The notes under the pieces are model-generated. The model was not told the DNA's origin. It saw nothing but the letters and a program-made list of their open reading frames with translations, and made no database searches. DNA of 63,991 nucleotides, taken from contig JARDVH010000073.1 in NCBI GenBank assembly GCA_030324005.1, positions 84,320,701 to 84,384,691 on the forward strand, read 5' to 3'. Below are positions 1 to 12,225 of this stretch, piece after piece. This DNA comes from Negaprion brevirostris (lineage: Eukaryota). The translations under genes and the position numbers were made by a program. Position 1 is the first letter of the stretch; each line of letters opens with the position of its first letter.

Positions 1-32
1 GTCTCTTGGAGCTTTCATTGCACTAACCAAAA

Positions 33-304
33 GTCACAAGTAGGTTGATATTAACACTGCAATGACGTTTCTGTGAAAATTCCCTAGTCACCACACTCCG
101 GTGCCAGTTCAGGTACACTAAGAGAGAATTTAGCATGGCCAATCCACCTAACCAGCACATTTTTTGGATTGTGAGAGGAAAATGGAGCACCTGGAGGAAA
201 CTCACGCAGGCATAGGGAGAATGTACAAACTCCACACTGACAGTGACCCAAGCCAGGAATTGAACCCAGATCCCTGGCACTGTGAGGCAGCAACTGTGCC
301 GTCC
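33..304 (-). mobile_element. tRNA-derived shark SINE (HE1/V-SINE-like)
   Basis: Reverse complement reads ...GCCTCACAGTGCCAGGGATCTGGGTTCAATTCC (B box), then the GTGTGGAGTTTGTACATTCTCC body and tail shared by more than 10 copies in this window. Confidence 0.85.
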
Positions 305-309
305 CAACA

Positions 310-530
310 GGTTTTGAGGAGAAAATTTCAGAGTGTGTACTTCCATGGCAGCTGAAAGTATGATGGTCAATGATGGATTGAAGGGAGGAATGCAAAAATA
401 GGTGGGCAAGTAAAAAGTCTTGAAGGTTGGGTGTAGAGAATCGTTGGTTTACAGACATGGGAAGGGTCAGGCCATGGAGGAATTTAAATAAAAGAATAAG
501 AATTTTAAATTTGAAACACTGGGAGACGAA
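310..530 (-). mobile_element. L2-like LINE 3' fragment (decayed)
   Basis: Minus frame FKFKILILLFKFLHGLTLP resembles the L2 ORF2 C-terminal motif FKILLLxFKxLHGLAPxYL. Confidence 0.55.
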
Positions 531-1730
531 GAACAAATATAAACTGCTTTTTAACTTAAAATAATTCTGTTACTCATGGATTAATTTTTTTTTGCTTGGA
601 GTGTTTATTTAGATCAATTTTAGCATTTTATGATTCAGACATCTACTAAATTGGAAATGGAAATGCACAACCCACAGAGTGTACACATACTTCACCCCCC
701 AGTGGATTATTACTTCATCACCCAATGCATTATTATACTATGAAATCAACTACCTCATAAAGTTCCTTCCATTATTTCTGCAAAAATAACCATCAACATG
801 ATTCATAGCTCAATATTTTTGATTCCTATTTCTGCTGGTGATTCATTACTTTTCTAAAGTTGGTGTTGCCCCCAAATCACCATCATTTTTTGATTACCTG
901 TAAAATCATTCTAAGTAAGAATGAAAAGATACAGGCACACCTACATGAGGTCAAAAGCAATTCCATACTATGTTCAAAGTACAAGTTAGTGGAAAAGTAC
1001 ACATTGGTTAAAATTTATTTAGTCCATCACCTTGTATCTATACATTAATGTCTCCAACCCCATAGAAGATGGATTTTAATATAAGCAAGAAAAAAACTGT
1101 GCTGGAATTACAACTTACTGCCAAGGAATAAAATTGATACATCAGATCAACTGCTTATTATTAGAAACATCCCAATGATATTCCCATTGATNNNNNNNNN
1201 NNNNNNNNNNNNNNNNNNNNNNNNNNNNNNNNNNNNNNNNNNNNNNNNNNNNNNNNNNNNNNNNNNNNNNNNNNNNNNNNNNNNNNNNNNNTCAAATTGC
1301 AAATCAACCTCATTAAAACAAAATGGGACAGAAAATTTGGAGAACCATTTAAAGGTCCATGGGCTTTGGGTCTTGGAGTATGCGCGACTAGAAAATCCCA
1401 CCCAAGTTTTCCTATGGCCAAGTACCTCAATTACATTTAAAAGTTAACCAAAAAAGATATACTGGCCAAATAGATCTCAGATTCAATTCTTGCTGTCTGC
1501 TGGGTAAGTTGGTTAAAAAAATAGTATCTCTTAGTGTCCAAAGACTAGAGATAAGTAAAACAGATTGAAGTTCCTGCATCTAACTCTACTCAAATGACAT
1601 CCATTAGAAAATGCATATACGTGAGAATCTGTTGAGAAGAGGATCAGACTAGTCAATGATTCATCCCATAGTTAAGTAGATATAAACCATTTTTATTACC
1701 AATCATAAAGCTGTTGTATTTCTATTACAG

Positions 1731-1786
1731 GACTGGATAGACCTTGTTATTGCTGTGTCCCCGCCAAAGGAATATGAAGATGAAGT
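1731..1786 (+). CDS. USH1C: Harmonin penultimate coding exon (end of PDZ3): DWIDLVIAVSPPKEYEDEV
   Basis: Acceptor tttctattacAG and donor GTAAGT; 56 nt; peptide matches human DWIDLVVAVCPPKEYDDEL; phase-2 junction joins the exon at 8874 in frame. Confidence 0.95.
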
Positions 1787-2899
1787 GTAAGTTTAATTTA
1801 CAATCAGACTTTGGTTGATTTCCAACTCCCCCTGATATATATGCATTAGCATTTCTGTATTAATCTTTAAACTATTTTCTTTTTAATCTCATTACACCAC
1901 CATTTTCTGCTCTTTGAAGAACAGGCAAATGATTTATCTCCAGGCTGCTGCTGATACTGCTGTGGGGGAAGCCAGTAGAAGGTGACCTGCAGTCCAAGTT
2001 GGGGTGAGGACAGGGAAGGACAAGGCGGAGGTGCAACATGCTTATCACTTAACTATCCTCTGAAGTGGTTCAGCAAGCCTTTTGGTTATATGAAATTGCT
2101 AATGATTTCAGAAGACAATCAACCGAACGTTCTTTGAACTACTGGGGATGGCAATAAATGCTGGCCTTGCCAGTAATTACCACATCCTGTGAATGAATAT
2201 TTTTTAAAAAACTGTTAATCTTTGATGAATACCAACTACTGAATTCATTGTGTGGATAGGTTTCATAAGGAAATCTGTGAGTGCACACACATGCAAGTTC
2301 CATGAACAGAACTGTGCCTTGTTGGTACGTTCAAGGCTTAGAAGCAAGTTGACAATAATACCTTGCACATCTATCACCCTAGCTTCAGGGAAAATGATGT
2401 TTCTGGCAGGGGTTATGTATCTTGTAATATTCATTAATTTTAGCTGCAAATTTGCACCTATGTCAGGGGTACATGAATAAGACAGACTTCAGTTATCTCT
2501 TAATCAACAGTCGATGACAAAGCAGCTGAATCCTATGATGTTCACTACAGATTTTACAAGGCTGTTGTATCATTACAGTTGAGGGTGGAGAGAGTTACAT
2601 TGCTATTTGTTGTGTACTGAGGAGATTTAACTGTCTTTGGACTAGATGGTACAGCTTGGTTACAGCTTTCTCCTGAACCTGATCAACATTATCAGCTGAT
2701 CCTCAGTAATGTCTAGAGAGCTGATTCTGGTGCAGTATGTCTGATGTTTGGGATCAATTGTTCTTGAGATGTTGCACCTCCTATGCTTTCCAAGTCTCAA
2801 GTAGCTGCTGTTGCTGCTAAACTAACAAGTCGCTGGCAATTGGCACTTCATTCATCTGTGGATTCTATCAGTGCTAAAGTATAGTAATGCAAAGATCAC

Positions 2900-5012
2900 C
2901 ACTACGGCATCCTTGAAGATGAACTCAAGGGACTTTTTTAGATTGAACAAACAAACTTTATTTACAAGGTTGTTTCATGAGATGCATGCTTCAGGGAGAT
3001 AGTTCACGCACACTCATTTTAACTCAGAAGACTCTTCCTTTAGAGAGATTCTTTGCACTAGGTGTTCAGACCGCATGACCCTTACTCGGTAAGGCTGGTC
3101 TTAAATTGACAATTGCCACATCCCTCCCCTTTAGCTCCTTTTTACAATCCTTACCTACCAAATTACCTGATACAGGTGAATAGAAAACACTGTCAAAATC
3201 TGAGAAATAATTACATTTGTACTTAGTCCTGAATTCTCGTTATACACTATATTCATAGGTTTAATAATTACAACTCAAGTCTTTGAGGAAGTTTTCTGTT
3301 TCTGGAAAAGCAGCATAATATAATAGTTTGAGATGTTTCCACAGAATCAGTGTTATCAGGAACTGTAATAGTGGGTACCTCTTTTGGTATAGGCAGTTGA
3401 TAACTACTTGATTCAACAAAGACCTCAGTTTTCTGTGTAACACGTCAGTCAGGTACTTTGGTGCTTCAAAAACATTTCTTGATGGGAACATTTACTGCTG
3501 GAGTGCCTGTACCCCTTGAGTGATTCATGTGTTTATGAACGATCTGTCCCTTTATGTCTACCTGGTATGAAAGCCATTCTGAGAGACTATAGTTCCTGGA
3601 ATCCAACTTGGTCTACTGTCAAAGTCTTTCACATTTATGGCTTCATTTTCCACGGTCCACTATATATGAATCATTAGCCAAAAGAGAAAATGCTGGAAAA
3701 TCTCAGCAGGCCTGGCAGCATCTGTAAGGAGAGAAAAGAGCTGACATTTCGAATCCAGATGACCCTTTGTTCAGCTTTGATAAAGGGTCACTGGTTGTTT
3801 TCTCATTATCTTTGCTGGTCTCTAATCTCCCTGGCAAATTTGGAAACAGTCTTGTCCTGAGGCGATGTTTGATTAGTAATTCTGCTGGTGGAATTCCCAT
3901 TATTGCATGTAGAGTGTACAGAAGCTAGGAAGGAAGCGTGTGACTTTGATTTTCAAAGTTCTTCCTGACAGTCTCTTTAGGCCAAACTTGAAAATTTGGA
4001 CAGTTCCCTTGGCTAGCCCATTTGATGCTGGGTGGTAATATACAAATCTATTGAGACAAATGAAGTTTTGAAATTCAGCACTTGTGAACACGGTTCCATT
4101 GTCTGAAACAATTACATTGTGTTATCCATGAGTTGAAAAGCATTCACGTAACTTTTCAATGGTAGCATGAAAAGTAGGCGACTTCACCTCAAAAAACTTA
4201 ATCCATTTAGAGTTTGCATTGATCATGAGCGAAAACATTGCGCCCAGGATTGGACCAACATAATCGATATGGATCAATGCCCATGTTTAGCCAGGCCATT
4301 CCCAAGGACACAGTGGGGCTACAGTCAGCAACCTTTGTTGCAATTGGCAAATTTGACAGTGCAGGATTAGCTTTTTGACACCTGTATAAATGTCAGGCTG
4401 CCAAACATAACTCCTGGTGAGCATGTTCATCTTAGAGAAACCAGGATGAATGCTGTGTAATTCAGTAAGAAGCAGCTCTCTACCTGGTACAGGAACAATT
4501 ACTCTTTCTCCACAAATCTGATGGCATTCTGACGACTCAATTGTATTTATGGGTAAAGAATGGTTTCCTTGGAAAATGGCTCATTTACCCATCCTGTAAG
4601 TATTGTGTCTCCCTCTTTGGATAGAAGCAGATTTTGATTGATCCAGTGCCTAACTTGTTTTGCACAGACTGGTAATGAGTCTAAAAAATGTAATGCCATG
4701 ATGATCTTTTGTCCTACAGGAGTACATGTTACACTTTCTTGCAAGGGTAGGTGATTAAAGGCATTTTCATTTGCTATGTGTACCCCAGGTCAGTATTTGA
4801 AAGTACATTTGTAGGCGGATAGAATTAACACCCATTGCTGAATTCATGCCAAGGCAATCGGCAAGATAGCCTTGTCCTTCTTCAAGAGGCCTGAAAGCAG
4901 CTTGTGGTCAAAAATGATGGTAAATTGTCTACCATGTAAATGATGGAATTTAGTTGTTCAGATCACGTGACCCTTACTTGGTAATCCTGGTCTCAAAGTA
5001 ACCATTGCCACA
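2900..5012 (-). mobile_element. Ty3/Gypsy LTR retrotransposon remnant (RNase H and integrase, LTR ends), internally deleted
   Basis: Minus-strand decayed pol: KFHHLHGRQFTIIFDHKLL...IQQWVLILSAY (RNase H), DNGTVFTSAEFQNF and YHPASNGLAKGTVQIFK (integrase), PAELLIKHRLRTR. About 58-bp direct repeats at 3063-3120 and 4955-5012 both start TGTGGCAAT on minus. A polypurine tract AAAGGGGAGGGA abuts the 3' LTR. Left boundary approximate. Confidence 0.9.
3677..3792. mobile_element. Penelope-like palindromic repeat fragment inserted in the Gypsy element
   Basis: AAAATGCTGGAAAATCTCAGCAGG...GCATCTGT unit, also seen at 17020-17116, 40430-40629 and 47035-47270. Confidence 0.6.
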
Positions 5013-5490
5013 CAGACATAATTTTGATGCTACATGTACATTTCATATCCAAAATAACATCTGTACCATGTCCCCACACTTAAACTGCAGCCGTGCTGTC
5101 ATGAGTATCTGTTCTAGAAGCATGCACCAGAAACAGAAAGATTGCAATTTCCATCAGCATATAAAATGGATTTGATTCTAGCAACATAACTTTCAATTGC
5201 AACTTTCCAGCCTCGCTTAATCTTTCACACCTAAACATGCATTCAGCAATAGGAAGGACCTACATCAGCATTTTTAAAAGGGATTACCTAAGATTACCTC
5301 TTAGGTTCATTGCTAATTGATTTTGAAGGGCTGCTATTGAGTTAATCAAAGTATTGGCTGGTTTGTACCTATCATTTAAAGTTGTGAAGTTCAAAGAGTA
5401 TTATGAGACATGTGGTGAAGACCTTGATTTTGACCTTAAGGGTTCTTCTGTTCAGATCACTTGCTTCCATGTCTGAAGTGAAACAATACT

Positions 5491-5853
5491 GTGGCTGAAG
5501 ACAGGAAAGCAGTAGTTCCCAAGAAGCGTTCCAAAAAAAATCCAAGAAAATGCCGTGGATGGAGGCAAGAGGAGGAGGAAATCTAGGAAGGAGAGTTATG
5601 CATTTACAACTACGAAATGATGAAGCAGGTTCACTCCAACACTGGCATCACCTCCAACATCATAAGCATCATGAACTCGTTCACCAACAATATCGTGAGC
5701 AAGGCTTTCTGCCTGGAAGATGCCAACAAGCATAGTCCCACCAGATCCCAGGAGATCCAGACTGTCATTTGCCCACTGCTGCCCGGGGAACTGGCCAAGC
5801 ATGCAGTGTTGGTGGGGACAAATGCAGTGACCAGATACACCAGCTCCAAGTAA
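5491..5853 (+). pseudogene. Histone H2B pseudogene in the last USH1C intron
   Basis: Encodes [10 protein letters not shown] and [12 protein letters not shown]...IMNSF...[19 protein letters not shown]...TRYTSSK*. Frameshifts in the N-terminal part, loss of about 4 codons (FERI), a likely ATG-to-GTG start and many CpG-type substitutions. Confidence 0.93.
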
Positions 5854-6021
5854 AGCCATGCCATTTGGTATAAAATGTGCCTAATTAAGGGTGTTGTACT
5901 TTCTGTCTTGCTTGGCCTGCAAAATTACAGAGAGGGAGAAGGAGCCATTTCTAACAGTTTGCAGTTGCTCTTCATTGCTGTATAATATTGGCACTCAACA
6001 TGCAAAGTAAGGAAATAAATT

Positions 6022-6237
6022 GGGTGGGATTTTCTGGTTCCTCCCACCAGTATAGGATCTTCCAGTCTCATTGAAGGTGACCACCCCCCCTCCCTTGGCA
6101 ACAGGATGTGTGAGGCATACAAAATGCCAAGGGCTTTGGCAGGACCAGAAGTCCCTATTAGTGGCCAATGGAATTTGCCTCCAATACAGGAAGTACACTA
6201 CCAGTTGAGGGGGAGAGCAGGTTGGAAAATCCCACCC
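6022..6237. mobile_element. MITE with 13-bp perfect terminal inverted repeats
   Basis: GGGTGGGATTTTC (6022-6034) and GAAAATCCCACCC (6225-6237); no clear target-site duplication. Confidence 0.75.
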
Positions 6238-6329
6238 ACAGTCTTTCTCTCCGAGAGAGACAGGCAGAACTTTGCCAGGATATTAGGCTTCCCCATAGTG
6301 AAGAGTGCTATTTACTGCATCTAAATTCA

Positions 6330-7950
6330 TAGATGTACCACAACTGCAAAGCATCCACATTCTTAATATGCTCAATGCATCATGCAGAGTAACACCCACT
6401 ATCATGATGCCTTTACTCTATACAAGTTCGCTATACCACCTGCATTCCAGCCACTGCAGGAGATCAGAGGGTAGTTGCTGAGCAATGTAAGTTATCTGCT
6501 GACCAGCTGGTTCATGACTCTGACGTGCAACCCCTGCACACGTTGGCAACATACACAGAAAGAGAGTGATACTGCCACCAAGCAAGCCATTGAAGTGTTC
6601 AATCATGTTTCTGCTGCCTGGACCATCCTGCTGAAGCTCTGCAGTGGTGTATGATGGTGCATCATGATCTGCTAAATGTAGTACAGCCTCACATCATGAG
6701 GATGCAGCCCTTGCCCCGAGGTGTTTGGAAGCAGTTGTGAAAGAAGTGGAGGAGAAAAGGGGGAGGCAGCCAACACACCCCACTTTCCAGATGACCTGTC
6801 CATGATTGGCTAATCTAACTACAGTACCAATGATCACCACTCCAATTTCCCCTTCAGCAACAGTCACACCTCACAAATAACAGCAGCATCCCTTTGGCAA
6901 CAGTGCTGAAATAAAGGCTACCACAAAACAAACATTACAAGCCATCTTTATGAGTCAAACTATGCCGTTGCGTGCAAAAATCACTTAATCAACTTAATCA
7001 ATCTTATGCATTTCTTCGTGCCTATTTTCCATGTACAACCTTCTAAACTGTACATCGTATAATATCCGGCTGTGAGTGAGATCAGAGAGTGTTTCATCAT
7101 CATCTGTCACATTTTCCTCTCCATTTCATATTTCTATACCACCACCTAGCCAAGTTGTGGTTCTTGTGTTTATGAAAGGAGATAGACATAAAGGGTAGGG
7201 TTGCAGTGAGAGAACAGGAAAAGCATGAGCTGGTTAGGTGTAAATCAAATGAGACTGTGGGGGAAATGGAATATTGAGGGGAGGATTATATATGAGCATT
7301 CCATCATGTTTGATGCTTTTAGCCCCACTGCTGATCATAGTCTTAGTGCTGGCCTCAATGATGGCAAACATGGTCCCCTCAACTGGGTAGAGTACATGTA
7401 GCCATGTCAGTCCACCACTGGTTAGCCCCTGAGGCAAGGTTGTCCTGCAAGAATGAACAAAGTGTGTCAGTAAGTCCGGTGCTATGTGCTTGATTATTGA
7501 AGTGATGTATCTTAGTTGGATAGTTGGACATGTGAGTAATATGCACAACAGTGCTCAAATTTGTGAAGTTAACGTGGAGTTCTGAATGTAGTGTATCATT
7601 GAAGATTGGTAGCAGTTGTTGGTTGAGTGATTGGGATGTGCTGTAATGAACAGTGTGTAAAACTAATTATGCAGTTGATGGAATGTAGCATTTGAAGATA
7701 CATTTACTGACCTTTACCACTCATGATTGAAGTTCTTGCAACACTGCATCTGGATCCTTGATGTTACACCTGTTGCATGGCTACTTGGTCCACAGCCTTC
7801 TCAGATTTTGGCTGGAGGGCCTCCAGGCCCTCTGGTAGAGAATGACATGTCTCCCCTTCTCCTCCTGCTGCATCAAGGTCACTAGTAATATACCGGGAAA
7901 CCTTCTAAGCCATGCTTACCATGTTTTGCCTTTCCTGTGCCTTCCTGAAT
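6330..7950 (-). mobile_element. Decayed PIF/Harbinger-like element (Myb/SANT-like ORF remnant)
   Basis: Minus strand near 7730-7760 gives RIQMQCCKNFN, like the RTxxQCRKKFND motif of Harbinger Myb/SANT proteins, followed by a donor-like site. A similar remnant lies near 10330-10550. Boundaries uncertain. Confidence 0.4.
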
Positions 7951-8873
7951 CAAACTAACCTCTGGAATCACTTCCAGCAACAGGCTTTAAAGTGTAAGCC
8001 TATTTATTAGTGTTAATGTAAGTGGGNNNNNNNNNNGGCTTATATTAACACTGCAATGAAGTTACTGTAAAATTCCCCTAGTCACCACACTATGATGCCT
8101 GTACGGGTACACTGAGGGAGAATTTAGCATGACCAATGTTACAATGCACAGTCTAGCTTGAAATCATAGTCACTCAATAGCACATTTGGAGATGGCTTCA
8201 TGCTGCAGCCGTTTAAGTGAACAATTGGCGTGAAGTTTATACCACCTACCTAGGCAGCAAGAGGATTGGGTTGATCACATATCATGATCACTGCATCTTT
8301 TTTGCTGGAAAAGTTGGTTGGAGCTGCTCCGGGTAATTCATTTGCAGCAAAATATTTTATTCTCCAAAAGGTATTACTGAGTCTTTACAGTTTAGATTTG
8401 TTGACCTTGTTGATATATTTTTCTGATCTATTGATAATTTTGGAATTAATTTGAGGTTATGTTAGAAGTTAATTTGAAACAAAACAAAANNNNNNNNNNN
8501 NNNNNNNNNNNNNNNNNNNNNNNNNNNNNNNNNNNNNNNNNNNNNNNNNNNNNNNNNNNNNNNNNNNNNNNNNNNNNNNNNNNNNNNNNTAGAAGTTAAT
8601 TTGCAACAAAACCAAAACAGGAGCCAAGCCCATATTGAAAGTACCCATTTATAGTTGTAGTGAAGGCAGGAAAGGGAAGTCCCTAACCTGATTATGGTTT
8701 TAAATTGTTGTCAAAAAGTAGCATTGGATGCGACCCTCTGAAACAGATCAGCTGCTGATTACTCTAAGGTAGGGAAGGGTAGATTGTACAGGGAGACATA
8801 GTAAAGGGGAAAGGAGCCCTTTTTTTAAGTACATGAAAAATGTAATTAATTTAACACTCTTTTTTCTTTATAG

Positions 8874-8886
8874 GACATTCTTTTAA
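8874..8886 (+). CDS. USH1C: Harmonin terminal coding exon (V)TFF*, C-terminal PDZ-binding motif
   Basis: Strong polypyrimidine tract ctcttttttctttatAG, then G ACA TTC TTT TAA; completes EDEV-TFF, matching human harmonin-a DELTFF. Confidence 0.93.
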
Positions 8887-8970
8887 CAATGAAGAAACAT
8901 AAGAAACATCACAAAGACCAGTCCTCCCAGAATCAAATCATTCCCATCAAGGCCAATGTATGAAAATAAC

Positions 8971-8976
8971 AATAAA
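8971..8976 (+). terminator. Candidate USH1C polyadenylation signal
   Basis: First AATAAA after both possible stop codons; its use is not demonstrated. Confidence 0.35.
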
Positions 8977-11944
8977 GAAAGCAAATCAAATGAATTGATC
9001 TTAATGTAACAATGATAATGAAGAATGATGCAGGTATTGCTACAAGTAGTAAATAGAAATTGAACTTTTTTTTTCTAAATGAAATTAATAACAACATTTA
9101 TTTGAAGTTTATGATTTTTCATGTACTTGTGTCAAATAGTTTTGACATGAAATCAAATTGGAAGGTATAGACAAGAGTAATTGGATATACATTTTCAAAC
9201 AAATCTCTGTTATAATGCACCAAGGTCTTAAACCTTAATTTATTGAACTAATATAAGCAGACATGTATACTAAACCTCATAAGGCTGTTGGAATAAGATT
9301 TGACTGTCATATCATAAAGCTGCTCCAGATCTGTGTGTCTGATGTTGTTCCACTGTAGCTCAACTTGCATGATTAACTTGCTGAACCGGTCCAGGGTTGG
9401 GTGAAGCAAAATGCACCATTTGAGCTATCTGCTTTCGTCTAATGTTGAAAGCCAATGCACCAGATAAGAAAAGCAAAGTCTTGTCATGGAATGAAACTCA
9501 CTTCAAATCTAGAACAGTAAAATTGCTGTTGTTCAATAAGAATAAGCTCTAATTATGTGAGAGCCTTTAACAATGCTTTTCAAAGTGAATCAACAATTAT
9601 GACAATATTCCAGTCCTACTGTTGAAAATGGTCCATTGACAAACTGAAAGCAGGAACTCAGAAAGAGAAGGCTGTTGTGAAAGGGTTCAGGTGGGACGCA
9701 ATGTTTCTTCAGGAGGAACTCTTCAAAACGCAGCTAATGAAACAATAACAAAACTTACTCTAACTTATAAGTCAAAGAAATGGTTTAATAAAGAAACATC
9801 ATTACTCCAAACTTGGGGTCTCACCCTGGGCCACTCCAAGCTTCCCACAATTCTACTGAGTTCCTTATATATAGTGAATCTGTTGGTCAGCTGATTATTA
9901 CATAACTCTGTGACATTTTACTGGGTTAGCTGACCCAAACAGCCTGTTCCCATTGGTCACATTACTTCCAATAGAAATTTGTCACTGGTTACATTCTAAC
10001 AAGCAAGAGGTTCATGGTCACATCATCCACAGCTTGCTCATTATGCCAAATATCAGAATGAATGTATGTTGGGAATTGAGAAACAACACAAGAAAGAAAG
10101 CTGACATCATCCTCAATGCACTTCACAATCAGTCCCCTAATTCAGAAAACCATATCCTCTTTAGCCATCAGGATTCACAGACATTCTTGTCCTCATGCCA
10201 GCTCTGCTCTATTCCCTCCTACTGGGTGCGCCTTGCCCTTCAGTGGGGAGGACAGAATGTCAATATCTGTGTTACCCTATGATTGGGTGATGAGCCTGCT
10301 ATAACTGAAGGTATGCAGAGTTAGTGATGGGTGGATGTGAGACCGGCAGCATTAACAGATAAAATAATTGGACGTTATGCACAAGTCCTGAATGCCAGGG
10401 CATGCTGCTGGATAAATGATTGGGTGTAGTGCCTTAGGTAGCATAAGAGACTAGTGGCAGGTTGAAATGTCATGTGAAGAAACACTCACTGACATTTGAC
10501 CACCAACATGAAATCAGTAAATATGTTGTGGAGTTGCAGCCAGGAGCTCAGATACACACTATGGGAGTTGGCTTTCTTCACCATCTGCTTCCACTTTCTT
10601 TGAGAGGTAAGCCTTGAGAGCCTTCTGCTTCACCCACTCTGCACCCCGCCCCCCCCCCCCACAGCCCCTGCCCTTGCTGGACCTTGTATGTCTCTCCTCC
10701 TAAATACCTGCCTCCAATGTGCCATCTCTCAACCAAGGTCCTTCTGTGTGCCCTGGTGTTCAAATTGTATAATTTCCATTGCAACAATCTTATTACATCT
10801 TTCCTTCAAGAGCGAGCCAATCTTTAAGATAAAGCAGGTTGCCCATACCACAGAGTGTGTAACTATTCTGCCATGCCTCCTGCTATGTGCTGGGACTGCG
10901 GAAAATGTTCAGATGAGGAGACCAATTTTGGAGGCATCAGAACTTGTGTAACAATCATTAAAATGTGGTGTATAGATGAATTTAGTGTCTGATCCACCTC
11001 CATCTCCCCACTGCAAATTGTAACTGCTGTGTCCAAAAATTGCTATGAATGAATTTGTGACCCACATTTGCAAATGGTTTGGCTCCACATTGCAATGGAA
11101 CATGATAAATCTTGACACATTATTTATCAACATTGGTCTGAAGTAATTTCAGTGAGTTTTGATCATTTACAGCTTTTATGTTTTGTACAAGTAATATGTG
11201 ACATGAAAGTTAGGCTCGCCAACAATGTACATCAGTATAGAAGATAGCAATATATTTATTTAATTTTAGTGATAACTGCTGAATCACTTGCACAGAAGAA
11301 TTAAGCAGGTGTATTTTTAATAAAGTCTGTGTTGTTTAACAATTCTTAGATTAAAAGGAAAGTTTCTGAATGCGCCAATAACAAATAGATTTAGCTTTTA
11401 TTGTTCTTCATACCAAGTCAGTTGATATTAAAGCTGCACTATTCCAAATTTTTGACCATGAATGTTTTTCAAATTAAACCTCTGACATATGCATGTGCTT
11501 AAATACATAGTAACCTAGTGTTTCTAGTACTAGTGGTTTTGCCCACAAAACCATTAAGAAAACATCACCATTCACAAGCTTTTAAGGTGAGAGGAATAAT
11601 TGCTGATCAACTGTTCTCAATCAAAAGTGTAATGCTTGTTTTATTTTTGGGATTATTTACATTGTCCATAACTTGGGTATATGTGGATCAGGCAATTGAA
11701 CTCCAAGCTTTGTGGTCTTAAAACTTTGCCTTCTGGAACATTCACCAGCTTCATGGACCATCTTTGACAAGCTTTTTTCCTTGGTGGGATTGTGATGCTG
11801 TGATACATTAGGTACCTCCAGTTAAGGAACTGTCACTGATACAGTGCAATGGGCTGGGCAGCTTCAATCTATTCTGCAGTTTTAATATTTAGCAAGTTCA
11901 CTAAATGTTTTGTTTGCTTAATTACTAGAAGTAGCCCCATATAT

Positions 11945-12225
11945 GGCAGCACAGTGGCACAGTGTTTAGCACTGCTGCCTCACAGTGCCAGGGACCCGGG
12001 TTTGATCCTGGCTTGAGTCATTGTGTGGAATTTACACATTCTCCCTGTATCTGCGTGGGTTTCCTCCTGGTGCTCTCCTCCCACAGTCCAAAGATGTGCA
12101 GGTTAGTTGAATTGGCCATGTTAAATTCTCACTTAATGTATCCAAACAGGCTCTGGAGTACTGAGAATTTTTCACAGTAATTGCAGTGTGAATGTAAGCC
12201 TACGTGTGACTAATAAATGAACTTT
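11945..12225 (+). mobile_element. HE1/V-SINE-like SINE
   Basis: A-box-like TGGCACAGTG, B-box-like GGGTTTGATCC, conserved body, tail ...GACTAATAAAT. Confidence 0.88.

Noticed and set aside
2250-2330. Possible homolog of the mammalian harmonin-b extra exon (GTGCACACACATG resembles the VHRH codons)
   Set aside because: The match is short, an in-frame TGA lies just upstream, and there is no compatible splice phase
11945-12010. tRNA-like A/B boxes
   Set aside because: These are SINE heads with no cloverleaf; no tRNA, rRNA or CRISPR features were found in the window
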